Origin: a candidate division WOR-3 bacterium | GTDB taxonomy: Bacteria; Hydrothermota; Hydrothermia; LBFQ01; DSFT01 | Assembly (NCBI GenBank): GCA_965649115.1 | Contig: CBFGJN010000002.1 | Span: 987-64,986 of the forward strand | DNA: 64,000 nt | Direction of reading: 5' to 3' | In this document: piece after piece, positions 27,967 to 38,257 of the stretch | How the letters are laid out: every line of letters starts with the position of its first letter | Numbering within the stretch: the stretch's first letter is position 1 | Position numbers and translations under genes: made by a program | The notes under the pieces: model-generated | The model's input: the letters and a program-made list of their open reading frames with translations, nothing else | Told to the model about the DNA's origin: nothing | Databases searched by the model: none

Positions 27967-29877
27967 ATGTTAAAGCTTACAGAAAAAGATATCTTCAAAT
28001 TGAAGTTTTTAGGTAGTATAAAAGTTTTTTCAAATTCTGCTATATTTACACTTTCATATATGGATGAAAAAGAAAATACATATATAACTCATCTTTTTAT
28101 GGTAAATAGAAAAACTTATAAACAATTAACTTTTGAAGGAAAAAGAAATTTAAATCCAAAAGTTTCAAAGGATAAGAAACTATTAGCATTTTTATCTGAT
28201 AGACATAAAGAAAAAGAAAAGGGATTACAAATTTATTATTTTAAAGAAGGGCTTTTTGAGCCTATTAAATTAACTGATGAAAAAGAAGGTATTATTGATT
28301 TTCATTGGACAGAGGATAATAAAATTGTTTTTTTAAAGCAAAAGAAAAAGAACATAGATAGTCCTTATAAAAAAAATTCTGATATTCACATTATTGAAAG
28401 TTTAAGTTATAAGTTTGATAATGTCGGTTATTTTGAAGATAAAATTTTTGAAATTTATTTATTGGATTTGAATGGAAAGAAAAAACGCTTATTTAGTTTA
28501 GATAAACCAATTTCAGATTTTAGACTTAAAAATGATAAACTTTATTTGCTTGGAAATTTTGAAGAAAATGGAGATATTGAAAGCTATAATTATATATATG
28601 AATATGACATTAAAAAGAGAAAATTAAAGAAAATTGTTGATGGTAATTGGGATATTTCAGGATTTGAAATTTACGAGAATGATATTATTTTTGTTGGTTC
28701 TAAAAGAAAGGAAACATTTGCAGAAATTAAACATTTTTATAGGTTTTCTAATGGAGAAATTATTGATTTAACACCCAATTTAGATAGAAATCCTTATAAT
28801 AGTTTAAATTCTGATAGTAGATTTTCAAATAATCAAGAATTATTTAAAATTGATAAAAGCGGAAATATATATTTTTTAATGACTGATGGTCCAAGATGCG
28901 TTTTATGTAAATTAAATAAAAATGGTTCAATTGATAGATTAATTGAAGGTAATTTTTCAGTTGAAAGTTTTGATATTGATAATGAAAACAATATCTATTG
29001 GATAAAACAGAGCTTTACAAATCCTTCTGAAATTTATTTTAATGATAAAAAGATTACAAGCTTCAACGATAAATTTCTAAGAAAATTTAAACTTAAAGAA
29101 CCCGAATATATTAAGTTTAAGGCAAGTGATAATGTTGAGGTTGAAGGTTTTGTATTAAAACCTTATAATGATTTAAAGAAAGAAAATGGTAAATATCCTG
29201 CAATTCTTGAAATTCATGGAGGTCCAAGAACAACTTATGGTTATTCATTTATGTTAGAATTTCATTTACTTGCTTATGATGGTCATTTTGTTTTATTTTC
29301 AAATCCAAGAGGTTCAGATGGCTATGGTTTTGAATTTGCTAATAGAATTGTTAAGGATTATGGAAATAGGGATTATTTGGATTTAATGGAATTTGTAGAT
29401 GAAGTTTTAAGAAGGTATAATGAAATTGATAAAAATAGATTAGGTGTTGTTGGTGGAAGTTATGGGGGATTTATGACAAATTGGATTATTACAAAAACTA
29501 ATAGATTTAAATTGGCTTTAACCCAAAGAAGTATATCAAATTGGATAAGTTTTTTTGGAACAAGTGATATTGGTTGGATATTTGGTAATTATGAAATAGG
29601 TAAAACACCATTTGATAATTTTGAAGAATATGTTAAAAGATCTCCAATTTTTCATTTAGAAAATGTAAAGACGCCTCTTTTAATTTTACATACAGATAAA
29701 GATTACAGATGTCCTCTTGAACAAGCTGAACAATTATTTACTGCATTAAGAATTCTAAATAAAGAGGTTAAGCTTATTGTTATTCCTGATGAAAGCCATG
29801 AATTATCAAGAAGTGGGAAACCAAGACATAGGGTTGAGAGGTTATATCATATTTTAAAATGGTTTAGAAACTTATGA
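27967..29877 (+). CDS. S9 family serine peptidase (prolyl oligopeptidase / acylaminoacyl-peptidase-like)
   Basis: N-terminal beta-propeller region and catalytic GGSYGGFMTNW. Confidence 0.85.
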   Translation: MLKLTEKDIFKLKFLGSIKVFSNSAIFTLSYMDEKENTYITHLFMVNRKTYKQLTFEGKRNLNPKVSKDKKLLAFLSDRHKEKEKGLQIYYFKEGLFEPIKLTDEKEGIIDFHWTEDNKIVFLKQKKKNIDSPYKKNSDIHIIESLSYKFDNVGYFEDKIFEIYLLDLNGKKKRLFSLDKPISDFRLKNDKLYLLGNFEENGDIESYNYIYEYDIKKRKLKKIVDGNWDISGFEIYENDIIFVGSKRKETFAEIKHFYRFSNGEIIDLTPNLDRNPYNSLNSDSRFSNNQELFKIDKSGNIYFLMTDGPRCVLCKLNKNGSIDRLIEGNFSVESFDIDNENNIYWIKQSFTNPSEIYFNDKKITSFNDKFLRKFKLKEPEYIKFKASDNVEVEGFVLKPYNDLKKENGKYPAILEIHGGPRTTYGYSFMLEFHLLAYDGHFVLFSNPRGSDGYGFEFANRIVKDYGNRDYLDLMEFVDEVLRRYNEIDKNRLGVVGGSYGGFMTNWIITKTNRFKLALTQRSISNWISFFGTSDIGWIFGNYEIGKTPFDNFEEYVKRSPIFHLENVKTPLLILHTDKDYRCPLEQAEQLFTALRILNKEVKLIVIPDESHELSRSGKPRHRVERLYHILKWFRNL

Positions 29878-30407
29878 AAAAGTTTTTAGTTTTTGTTTTT
29901 CTTTTTGGATGTTTTAGTATTGAAGAGACGATATGGATTAAAGATTTTGATAATTACGATTTATTATATACAATATATGTTCCTTCATTTATTACTCAAA
30001 TTGTTCCAGAAGATAGCATTATTAGAAATATAAACGATGATAAAGTAAAGTGGAAAAAAGTAGAAACTGATACAATTAAAGGAATTAGTAAGATAGAGGT
30101 TTTCTACGAAAACTTAAATTTAAATGAATTAATACAAAAAGATAGCACGATGAAATTCTTTAAATCAAAGGACTATATTGAATTTTATAAATTTTTAATT
30201 TTATCTGATACACTAACAAAAAACTTATTGCCATTTATTACAGATGAAAATTATTATAAAATTACTATCTTTTCAAAAAAAGAAATTTTACAATCAAATG
30301 CTGATAGTATATCAAAAGAGAAAATTATTTGGAAAATTCCTCTAAAAAAACTTTATGAAATGAAAAAAGATGATACAATTAAAATTGTTTTTAGAATTAA
30401 AGTTTAA
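29874..30407 (+). CDS. Hypothetical lipoprotein
   Basis: Signal peptide with LFGC lipobox. Confidence 0.4.
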   Translation: MKKFLVFVFLFGCFSIEETIWIKDFDNYDLLYTIYVPSFITQIVPEDSIIRNINDDKVKWKKVETDTIKGISKIEVFYENLNLNELIQKDSTMKFFKSKDYIEFYKFLILSDTLTKNLLPFITDENYYKITIFSKKEILQSNADSISKEKIIWKIPLKKLYEMKKDDTIKIVFRIKV

Positions 30408-30676
30408 AAACTCTTATGAATTTATTTTATTTGGTGTTTTAAGGTGTAGCCCTAGAAAAAATTATTTATTAGAACCAAAGAATTAAGAAATTGTATTTAT
30501 TTTATAAAGGTTTATAGTGATGGCAAAGAAGTTTTAAGTTTGAAAGCAATTAAAAACTAAGCCGAAAATGAGAAAGTAGAGCCGAAGGCTTAAAAATAGG
30601 GTGGGCAAAATATAATAAAATAAATAGTTTCAGAATTACTGAGCATAGCATTTCTTTATCCTTTAAAATTTTAGAC

Positions 30677-31390
30677 TTGTTAAGAAGAGATTTTTTAAAA
30701 TTCATTTCAATTTTAGGTTTATCTTTTATTTTTAGAGTAAGAGAAGCAAAAGCAGAAAAAGGAGGTAAAGCTATGGCATTTGTTGAATATAAACCAATAA
30801 ATTTCAAAGAGGTAAGACCACAACTTTGGCAAATGGATGGTATATCTCAAAAAACTATGGACGAGCATATAAAACTCTATGAAGGATATGTCGCTAAATA
30901 TAATGAATGTATGAAACTTCTTGAAAATTTACCTGATGAAGAATATAGTAAAGCAAATGCTACTTATTCACTTATAAGAAGCATAAAAGTTGATATTACA
31001 AGAGCAATAGGAGGAATAAAGAACCACGAATTATATTTTGGACATCTTGGTGGAAAAGGTGGAAAACCAGAAGGAAAACTACTTGAACAAATTGAAAAAG
31101 ATTTTGGAAGTTATGATAGATTCCTAAAAGAATTAAGAGCAACAGCAATGGCTGCAAGAGGTTGGGCTTGGGTGGCTTATGATTACAACTTCAAAAGATT
31201 ATTTATTGCTATTGGTGATGAGCAAAATACATTTCCTATTTGGAATGCTACACCTATTCTTGGAATAGATGTCTTTGAGCATGCTTATTTTATTGATTAT
31301 GGAGCAGCAAGAGCAAAGTATCTTGATGCATTCTTTAATAATATTGATTGGAAAGTAATTGAGAAAAACTTTGAAAATCTCAAACTATGA
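30677..31390 (+). CDS. sodA: Fe/Mn superoxide dismutase with twin-arginine (Tat) signal peptide
   Basis: C-terminus DVFEHAYFIDYGAARAKY and internal NHELYF metal-ligand regions. N-terminus LRRDFLKF...AKA. TTG start after a TTTAAAATTTTAGAC box. Confidence 0.85.
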   Translation: MLRRDFLKFISILGLSFIFRVREAKAEKGGKAMAFVEYKPINFKEVRPQLWQMDGISQKTMDEHIKLYEGYVAKYNECMKLLENLPDEEYSKANATYSLIRSIKVDITRAIGGIKNHELYFGHLGGKGGKPEGKLLEQIEKDFGSYDRFLKELRATAMAARGWAWVAYDYNFKRLFIAIGDEQNTFPIWNATPILGIDVFEHAYFIDYGAARAKYLDAFFNNIDWKVIEKNFENLKL

Positions 31391-31737
31391 AAAAATCAGA
31401 AAATCATAAATTTGAAGAAAAGCTTTTGATAAATGAAGTTATAAAAATTGAAGAGGAAAAAGCTTCTAAAATTATTGAAGAAGCTAAAAAGCAAGCAGAA
31501 GAAATAATAAAGAATGCTCATATTCAATCTCAAAATATCGTAGAGGAAGCCCATAAAGATGGACAATTACAAGCCCAATTACTTATAGAAAAATCAATTA
31601 TTGAAATTCAGAAGGAAGCACAAGAATTAAGAGATAAAGGTTTAAGGGAAGTTCAATTGTTTAAAGAAAAAGCAGAAAAGTCAATAGAAGGTATTAGAAA
31701 ATTCGCAATAGAACTAATTTTAGGAATTCGTGATTAG
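31387..31737 (+). CDS. Coiled-coil protein (ATP-synthase b / V-ATPase G-E-like)
   Basis: Highly charged heptad-rich 116 aa sequence. No partner ATPase genes nearby. Confidence 0.35.
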   Translation: MKKSENHKFEEKLLINEVIKIEEEKASKIIEEAKKQAEEIIKNAHIQSQNIVEEAHKDGQLQAQLLIEKSIIEIQKEAQELRDKGLREVQLFKEKAEKSIEGIRKFAIELILGIRD

Positions 31738-33247
31738 AGGAATATATATCATTGGGCTTCCCGGCTCACATAAATATAAAATTGGTGAATATTTAAAGAA
31801 TTGGTTTGATTGGGAAATTATTGATTTACAGGAGGAAGTTGAAAAATCTCTTCATAAAACATTACTTGAAATTATTAATCAAAAGCAACTTAAAAGCTTT
31901 GAAAATGAACAAGAAAAATTTATATTTTCTCATATCAAATCAGGAATAATTTTTATTTCTTCTGATGTTGTTCCAAAACCTGAAATTATTTCAAAGTTAA
32001 AAGAAAATGGTATTGTTTCAATATATTTAAACTATTCAAGAGAAACTTTGGAAAAAGAAATAGAAAGAAACCAAGAATTAAGCACAATTTTAAAAGTTCA
32101 TTCATTTGATGAGTATCAAAAGGAAATAGAAGATATTTCAAATTTATTGATAAATGTTCCAACAGAAGGATTTACAGATAAAGAAATTGCTGTTATGATT
32201 GTTAGAGCACTGAAAAGTGAATACGATTTAATTTTTAGTAATAATGATAAAGTTTATGAAGGAATAAATGCCTTTAATCACATTAATGAAATCCTTGAAT
32301 ATGAAGGTTTTTCAAAAGCATTTTTTATAACTTACAAAAAACTATTTGTTGTAAATTTTAAATGGGTTTTTGATGTTGTTAAAAAATCGGATTTTGAACC
32401 ATATGTCTTTTTTCTTCCTGAAAAGGAAGAAATTAAAGAGCTTGATTGGGTTAAAAAAATATGGTTTGAAATTTTAAATTTAAAAATTAAGAAGGATACC
32501 GCTATTGTTGGTATTGGAGGAGGAAGTTCTCTTGATTTAGTAGGCTTTTGTGCTTCTACTTTTAGAAGAGGTTTTCCTTTTGTTTCTATTCCAACAACAT
32601 TTATATCTCAAATTGATGCAAGCATAGGTGGAAGAAACGCTATCCATTATTTAAACCATAAAAATATTCTTGGAACAATTTACTATCCAAGATTTATTTT
32701 AATTGACCCTGTTTTTGTTTTAACATCTGATGAAGAAAAATTTTTACATTCTATTAGTGATGCTATAAGATATGGCCTTTTATTTGATAGTGAAATTATT
32801 GATTATCTTGAAAATGAAGAGGTAAAAATCAAAAGAAGGTATCTTCCAACAATAGAAAATTTCATTAGAAAATGTGCTTTAATTAAATTGAATGTTTGTC
32901 ATATTGACCCTTATGGTTGGTCTCAAATGAGATATTTTGAATTTGGTAATACAATAGCTTATTTAATTCAAGAAGTTTTACATTTGGATTATCCAAAAGC
33001 CTTAACAAAAAGTATTTACTTGATTTTGAGATTTTTGGAAAAAAATAACATTCTTAAAGAAAAAACGATTTTTAAAAGAATTGAAAAATTATTTGATCTA
33101 TATTCACTTGATTATCGTTTAAATGAAATTGATATTGAAAAGTTAAATAAGAAGTGTCAATTAGATGAATTTGAAATTATAGGTATTGAAACGTACAAAT
33201 CGCCATTAACATTAAAAATAAAAAAGGAAGAGTTCTTTAAATTATGA
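31730..33247 (+). CDS. Shikimate-kinase-like / 3-dehydroquinate-synthase-like fusion protein (AroK-AroB-like, degenerate motifs)
   Basis: The N-terminal ~165 aa align to shikimate kinase. The C-terminal ~340 aa align to DHQ synthase (IGGGSSLDLVGFCASTFRRGFPFVSIPTTFISQIDASIGGRNAI). Confidence 0.6.
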   Translation: MIRGIYIIGLPGSHKYKIGEYLKNWFDWEIIDLQEEVEKSLHKTLLEIINQKQLKSFENEQEKFIFSHIKSGIIFISSDVVPKPEIISKLKENGIVSIYLNYSRETLEKEIERNQELSTILKVHSFDEYQKEIEDISNLLINVPTEGFTDKEIAVMIVRALKSEYDLIFSNNDKVYEGINAFNHINEILEYEGFSKAFFITYKKLFVVNFKWVFDVVKKSDFEPYVFFLPEKEEIKELDWVKKIWFEILNLKIKKDTAIVGIGGGSSLDLVGFCASTFRRGFPFVSIPTTFISQIDASIGGRNAIHYLNHKNILGTIYYPRFILIDPVFVLTSDEEKFLHSISDAIRYGLLFDSEIIDYLENEEVKIKRRYLPTIENFIRKCALIKLNVCHIDPYGWSQMRYFEFGNTIAYLIQEVLHLDYPKALTKSIYLILRFLEKNNILKEKTIFKRIEKLFDLYSLDYRLNEIDIEKLNKKCQLDEFEIIGIETYKSPLTLKIKKEEFFKL

Positions 33248-35673
33248 AAATTTTAAGTATATTTGATGGAAGTTCTATTGCTTATCGTTCATTTTTTGTT
33301 TTTAAGGATAATCCACTATTCAACTCTTATGGAGAGAATACATCAGCAGAATTTGGATTTCTAAATTCAGTTTTGAAAGTTATTAAAGAAACAAGAAGCA
33401 ATTACATTGCCGTTTGTTTTGATAAGGGTAAAAGCAAAAGGGAAAACTATTACATTAAATATAAAATTCAAAGACCAAAAATGCCTGATGAATTAAGTTT
33501 AAGCATTTATAGAATTAAACAAATTGTAAGTGCTCTAAATTATAAAATTTTTGAGGTTGAAGGGTATGAAGCTGATGATATTATTGGAACAATTGTTTAT
33601 AAACTGAAAAATTTTTTTGATAAAATTTATATAATTAGTTCTGATAAGGACTTAATACAACTTGTTGGAGATAATGTTTTTGTTTATGATACAAGGAGTG
33701 GAATTTTATATGATAGGAATAAAGTGATTGAAAAATTTGGAATTGAGCCAAGGTTCTTACCTGATTATTTAACATTAGTTGGAGATGTTTCCGATAACAT
33801 AGAAGGTATTAAAGGAATTGGACCAAAAACAGCTGTTGAACTTATAAATAAATTTGGAAATCTTGAAAATTTAATTGAAAATTTAGATAATTTACCACCA
33901 AGAATTTATGTTGAAATAATAAAATATAAAGATGAAATTATAAGAAGAAGAGATGAGTTATTCAAATTAAAAATTTTGGAGCTTCAATTTGACATAGAAG
34001 AACTTAAAATAAAAGAGCCTAATAGATTAAAATTATTTAGCATTTTAAGATACTTAGAATTTTATAAGTTTATGGAAGAATTTTCTGAGAATGCTGAAAA
34101 TGTTGAAATTATTGAGAATGATTTTGAAATAAAAGATTTTGATATTGTAGAAATTTACAATAATTTCGTTTATAAATTTAAAGATGGAATTGTCTATAAA
34201 AGACCGTTAAAATTGGAGGATTTGGAGAAAAAAATTGTTGCATTTGATAGTAAAAGTTTATTTAAAAATAATGCTAAATTTATTGAATTTGATTTGGTTT
34301 TAGCAGATTATTTAATAGACCCTGAATTTGCATCAAATAAAAGCACAATAGAGCCAATTGAATATATTCTTTTAAAATATCTTGGACAAAAACTGAATTT
34401 TAAAAATAATGAGCAAATTATTGCTCAAAAATTAAAAGCTGTTTATCTACTAAAAGATGAATTAGAAAATGAACTTAAAAATTTAGAAATGGAAAAATTA
34501 CTTAAAGAAATTGAAATTCCTGTTTCAAAGGTTATTTGTGATATTGAAAGGAATGGAATAAAAGTTGATGTTGATTATTTAATAGAAATTAAAAGAGAAT
34601 TTGAAACAAATTTAAAAACTATTGAAAAGGAAATATATGAAATTGCAGGAATTAGATTTAATATAAATTCACCAAAACAATTATCAGAAGTTCTATTTAA
34701 TAGACTAAAGTTAAAACCCATTAAGAAGACAAAAACGGGATATTCAACTGATATTGAAACATTATTAGAACTTTCAAAAGTTCATCCAATTGCTAAAAAG
34801 ATATTAGAATATAGAGAATTATTTAAGCTTAAAACAACTTACATAGATAGCATTTTACAACTTGTTGATCCAAAAACAAGAAGAATTTATCCACAATATA
34901 ACCAGCGAGGAACATCAACAGGTAGGATTTCAGCTTTTAATCCGAATATTCAAACAATTCCTATAAAGTCTGAAATTGGTAGAAAAATTAGAAAGGCTTT
35001 TATTTCTGATGAAAATAAAGTTTTTATAAAAGCTGATTATTCTCAAATTGAGCTTAGAATTTTAGCGCATTTAAGTGAAGATGAAAATTTAGTTTATGCA
35101 TTTTTAAATGATTTTGATGTTCATATAGCAACTTCAAGAATAATTTTTCAAAAAGATGATATTAATGATGAAGAGAGAAGAATAGGCAAAACAGTGAATT
35201 TTGCTATTATTTATGGTATTAGTCCTTATGGATTAAGTAAGCAATTAGATATAGATGAGAATTTGGCAAAACAATTTATTGAAAATTATTTTAATTATTA
35301 TAAAGGTGTTAAAAGGTGGATTGAAGAAACGAAGAAATTTGCAAGAGAAAATGGATTTGTTAAAACAATTTTAAATCGAAGAAGAATTATTCCAAAAATT
35401 GGCATAAATAGTCAAAATAAAATTATTAGAGAGGCATGGGAAAGAATATGTATAAATACACCTGTTCAGGGTTCTGCAAGTGATATTATTAAAATTGCTA
35501 TGATTAAAACGAATAAATATAACATTGTTTTACAAGTCCATGATGAACTTGTTTTTGAAGTTGATGAAGAAAAAGCAGAAACTTATAGTAAAGAGATTAA
35601 GGAAATTATGGAAAATATTTTAAGTTTAAAAGTCCCCTTAAAAGTAGATGTTGAAATAGGAAAGAGTTTATAA
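33244..35673 (+). CDS. polA: DNA polymerase I (Taq-like, 5'-3' exonuclease plus polymerase)
   Basis: Motif A DYSQIELRILAHLS, motif B RRIGKTVNFAIIYG, motif C QVHDELVFE. N-terminal FEN domain. Confidence 0.9.
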   Translation: MKILSIFDGSSIAYRSFFVFKDNPLFNSYGENTSAEFGFLNSVLKVIKETRSNYIAVCFDKGKSKRENYYIKYKIQRPKMPDELSLSIYRIKQIVSALNYKIFEVEGYEADDIIGTIVYKLKNFFDKIYIISSDKDLIQLVGDNVFVYDTRSGILYDRNKVIEKFGIEPRFLPDYLTLVGDVSDNIEGIKGIGPKTAVELINKFGNLENLIENLDNLPPRIYVEIIKYKDEIIRRRDELFKLKILELQFDIEELKIKEPNRLKLFSILRYLEFYKFMEEFSENAENVEIIENDFEIKDFDIVEIYNNFVYKFKDGIVYKRPLKLEDLEKKIVAFDSKSLFKNNAKFIEFDLVLADYLIDPEFASNKSTIEPIEYILLKYLGQKLNFKNNEQIIAQKLKAVYLLKDELENELKNLEMEKLLKEIEIPVSKVICDIERNGIKVDVDYLIEIKREFETNLKTIEKEIYEIAGIRFNINSPKQLSEVLFNRLKLKPIKKTKTGYSTDIETLLELSKVHPIAKKILEYRELFKLKTTYIDSILQLVDPKTRRIYPQYNQRGTSTGRISAFNPNIQTIPIKSEIGRKIRKAFISDENKVFIKADYSQIELRILAHLSEDENLVYAFLNDFDVHIATSRIIFQKDDINDEERRIGKTVNFAIIYGISPYGLSKQLDIDENLAKQFIENYFNYYKGVKRWIEETKKFARENGFVKTILNRRRIIPKIGINSQNKIIREAWERICINTPVQGSASDIIKIAMIKTNKYNIVLQVHDELVFEVDEEKAETYSKEIKEIMENILSLKVPLKVDVEIGKSL

Positions 35674-35949
35674 TATCCGTTAGCCATTAATTTTATTTTT
35701 GCTTATAAATATCTTTCTTTTTTGTATTCTCTCAAAACCCCCCAAAGCAAAAGAATAGAGTATTTTAGGGCAGGTGGGTAAATATAGAAGACAACTGCAA
35801 CGATTGTTTTAATGGGGGGATTATAGGGCGAAGTTTTAAGCCATAGGCTTATTTTCAGGGTGGGCAGGGAAAAATATAGAAAAATATATATTTTTAGAAT
35901 TACTAGACACAGCAGAGGACAAATTCTTAAAGCTTTAAACTTTTCAGAT

Positions 35950-38256
35950 ATGAAAATAAAGAAAGTTGCTGTTCTTGGAGCTGGGACAATGGGTTCTCAA
36001 ATAGCTGCCCATTTAGCAAATAATGGATTAGAAGTTCTTCTTCTTGATTTAAATAAGGAAATAGCTAAAAATGGTTTAAAAAGAGCATTAGAAATAAATC
36101 CACCTGCATTTATGGATAAAGAATTTAAAAATTTTATAAAAATTGGAGGATTTGATAGTGATTTTGAATCAATAAAAGATGCTGATTGGATAATTGAGGC
36201 AGTTGTTGAGAAACTTGAAGTGAAAAGAGAAATTTTTGATAAGGTTGAAAAATATAGAAAAAACAATAGTATTGTTTCTTCAAATACTTCTGGAATTCCG
36301 ATAAAATTACTTGCTGAAAATAGAAGCGATAACTTTAAAGAGTACTTTTTGGGGACACACTTCTTCAATCCTCCAAGATATATGAAACTACTTGAAATTA
36401 TACCAACTGAATGGACAAAAAAAGAAGTTATTGAAGAAATAAAAGAATTTTGTGAAGATGTTCTTGGTAAAGGAATTGTTTTTTCAAAAGATACCCCAAA
36501 TTTTATTGCTAATAGAATAGGGACATTTTCAATAATGATGGTTTTCAAACTTGTAGAAGAAATGGATTTAAAAATTGAAGAAGTAGATTATTTAACTGGT
36601 GAATTAATTGGAAGACCAAGAACAGGAACATTTAGGTTGGCTGATTTGGTTGGTATTGATGTTTTGTATAATGTTGCAAAGAATTTAGAAGTTCTTTTAA
36701 TTAATGATGAATTTAAAGATGTATTTAAAATCCCTCAATTTCTTAATGAGATGGTAAATAGAAATTTAATTGGTGATAAAGTGAAAGCGGGATTCTATAA
36801 GAGAGAAAATAATAAGCGTTTCGTTATTGATTTAAAAACACTTGAATATAGAGAGGTGCTTAATGTTAATATTCCTGAATTTTTCCAAATTCAAAGTATG
36901 GAAAATTTAGAAGATAGGATAAAAGCAATTTTCAGTTTAAATACAAAACATGCTGAATTTCTTAAAAAATTATTAACTTCAATTCTGGTTTATAGTGTAA
37001 ATAGAGTTGGTGAAATTGCTGATGATATTGTTAATATAGACAATGCATTAAAGTGGGGATTTAATTGGAAATTGGGTCCATTTGAAACAATTGATATTAT
37101 TTCAAAAGAAAATTTTGAAAAATTGGTTAATTTTTATAGTTTTCCATTAAATAAAGAAATTCCTACAAAGTTTTATAAAGATAAAATGTTTTACGATTAT
37201 AATTCAAAAACTTATAAACCAATTGAAAGAAGAAAAGAAATTATTGTAATTTCTGAACTAAAAAGGGAAAATAAAGTTATTCTTGAAAATTCAGAAGCAA
37301 GTTTAATTGATTTAAATGATGGTGTTTTATTATTAGAATTTCATTCAAAAGCTAATACTATTGGTATAGGGACAATTCAAATGTTAAATAGTGCTTTGGA
37401 TATTCTTGAAAAAGAAAAAAAATTTATTGGACTTGTAATAACAAATGATGATGAAAGAAACTTTTCGGCAGGTGCAAATTTAGGTCTAATTGCTATGTCA
37501 ATTGGAGAAGGTGCATTTGATGAAATTGAGAGAGCAGTTTTAAACTTCCAAAAAGTTAATATGAGAATGAAGTACTTTAAAAAGCCAATTGTTGCAGGAG
37601 CATTCGGAGTAGCTGTCGGTGGCGGATGCGAATTATTATTACATACTCATAGAATTGTTGCTCATAGTGAATTATATACGGGACTTGTTGAGGTTGGAGT
37701 TGGGCTTATTCCCGCAGGTGGAGGCACTAAGGAATTTACAATTAGAGCATTAAATTATCCTCAAAATGTTGAAAATTATGATGTTTTACCAATTTTTAGA
37801 TTATATCTTGAATATATTGGAACAGCAAAAGTTAGCTCTTCTGCTTATGAAGCAAAGAATATGGGTATTTTAAGAGATGGGGATATTATTATTTCAAATA
37901 GAGATTTTCTAACATGTTATGCTAAGAACTTGGTTATTGGATTATATAATGCTGGATTTAAAGGATTTTATGGTCCTAAAAGAGTTAGAATGCTTGGTTG
38001 GGATGGTTATAGTGCAGTCTTAGCAAGCTTAATAAATTTAAAAAGAGGAAACTTTATAACTGAACATGATGCATTTATTATTGAAAAAATTGCTTATGTT
38101 ATGACAGGAGGACCAGATATTGCTCCTGGTACAATTTTTGATGAATGGCAAATTCTTGAAAATGAAAAGAAGGTTTTTATTGAGCTCGTTAAACATCCCA
38201 AAACCCAAGAAAGAATTTTCTACTTCTTAAAAAATAGGAAACCATTAAGAAATTAA
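35950..38256 (+). CDS. Bifunctional 3-hydroxyacyl-CoA dehydrogenase / enoyl-CoA hydratase (FadN-type order, dehydrogenase N-terminal)
   Basis: N-terminal Rossmann VAVLGAGTMGSQIA and C-terminal crotonase region NFSAGANLG...GGGCELLL. The start was moved to the ATG after a CTTTAAACTTTTCAGAT box because the track start lies in an A-repeat. Confidence 0.85.
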   Translation: MKIKKVAVLGAGTMGSQIAAHLANNGLEVLLLDLNKEIAKNGLKRALEINPPAFMDKEFKNFIKIGGFDSDFESIKDADWIIEAVVEKLEVKREIFDKVEKYRKNNSIVSSNTSGIPIKLLAENRSDNFKEYFLGTHFFNPPRYMKLLEIIPTEWTKKEVIEEIKEFCEDVLGKGIVFSKDTPNFIANRIGTFSIMMVFKLVEEMDLKIEEVDYLTGELIGRPRTGTFRLADLVGIDVLYNVAKNLEVLLINDEFKDVFKIPQFLNEMVNRNLIGDKVKAGFYKRENNKRFVIDLKTLEYREVLNVNIPEFFQIQSMENLEDRIKAIFSLNTKHAEFLKKLLTSILVYSVNRVGEIADDIVNIDNALKWGFNWKLGPFETIDIISKENFEKLVNFYSFPLNKEIPTKFYKDKMFYDYNSKTYKPIERRKEIIVISELKRENKVILENSEASLIDLNDGVLLLEFHSKANTIGIGTIQMLNSALDILEKEKKFIGLVITNDDERNFSAGANLGLIAMSIGEGAFDEIERAVLNFQKVNMRMKYFKKPIVAGAFGVAVGGGCELLLHTHRIVAHSELYTGLVEVGVGLIPAGGGTKEFTIRALNYPQNVENYDVLPIFRLYLEYIGTAKVSSSAYEAKNMGILRDGDIIISNRDFLTCYAKNLVIGLYNAGFKGFYGPKRVRMLGWDGYSAVLASLINLKRGNFITEHDAFIIEKIAYVMTGGPDIAPGTIFDEWQILENEKKVFIELVKHPKTQERIFYFLKNRKPLRN

Positions 38257-38257
38257 A

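Noticed and set aside
30550-30807. ORF 30550..30807 (-)
   Set aside because: It overlaps the A-module and the Tat signal region of the SOD gene on the opposite strand. Likely spurious.
33244-35673. PolA reads QRGTSTGRISAFNPNIQTIP where the canonical O-helix-proximal motif has S-x-DPN
   Set aside because: This is probably lineage variation. The main catalytic motifs A, B and C are intact.
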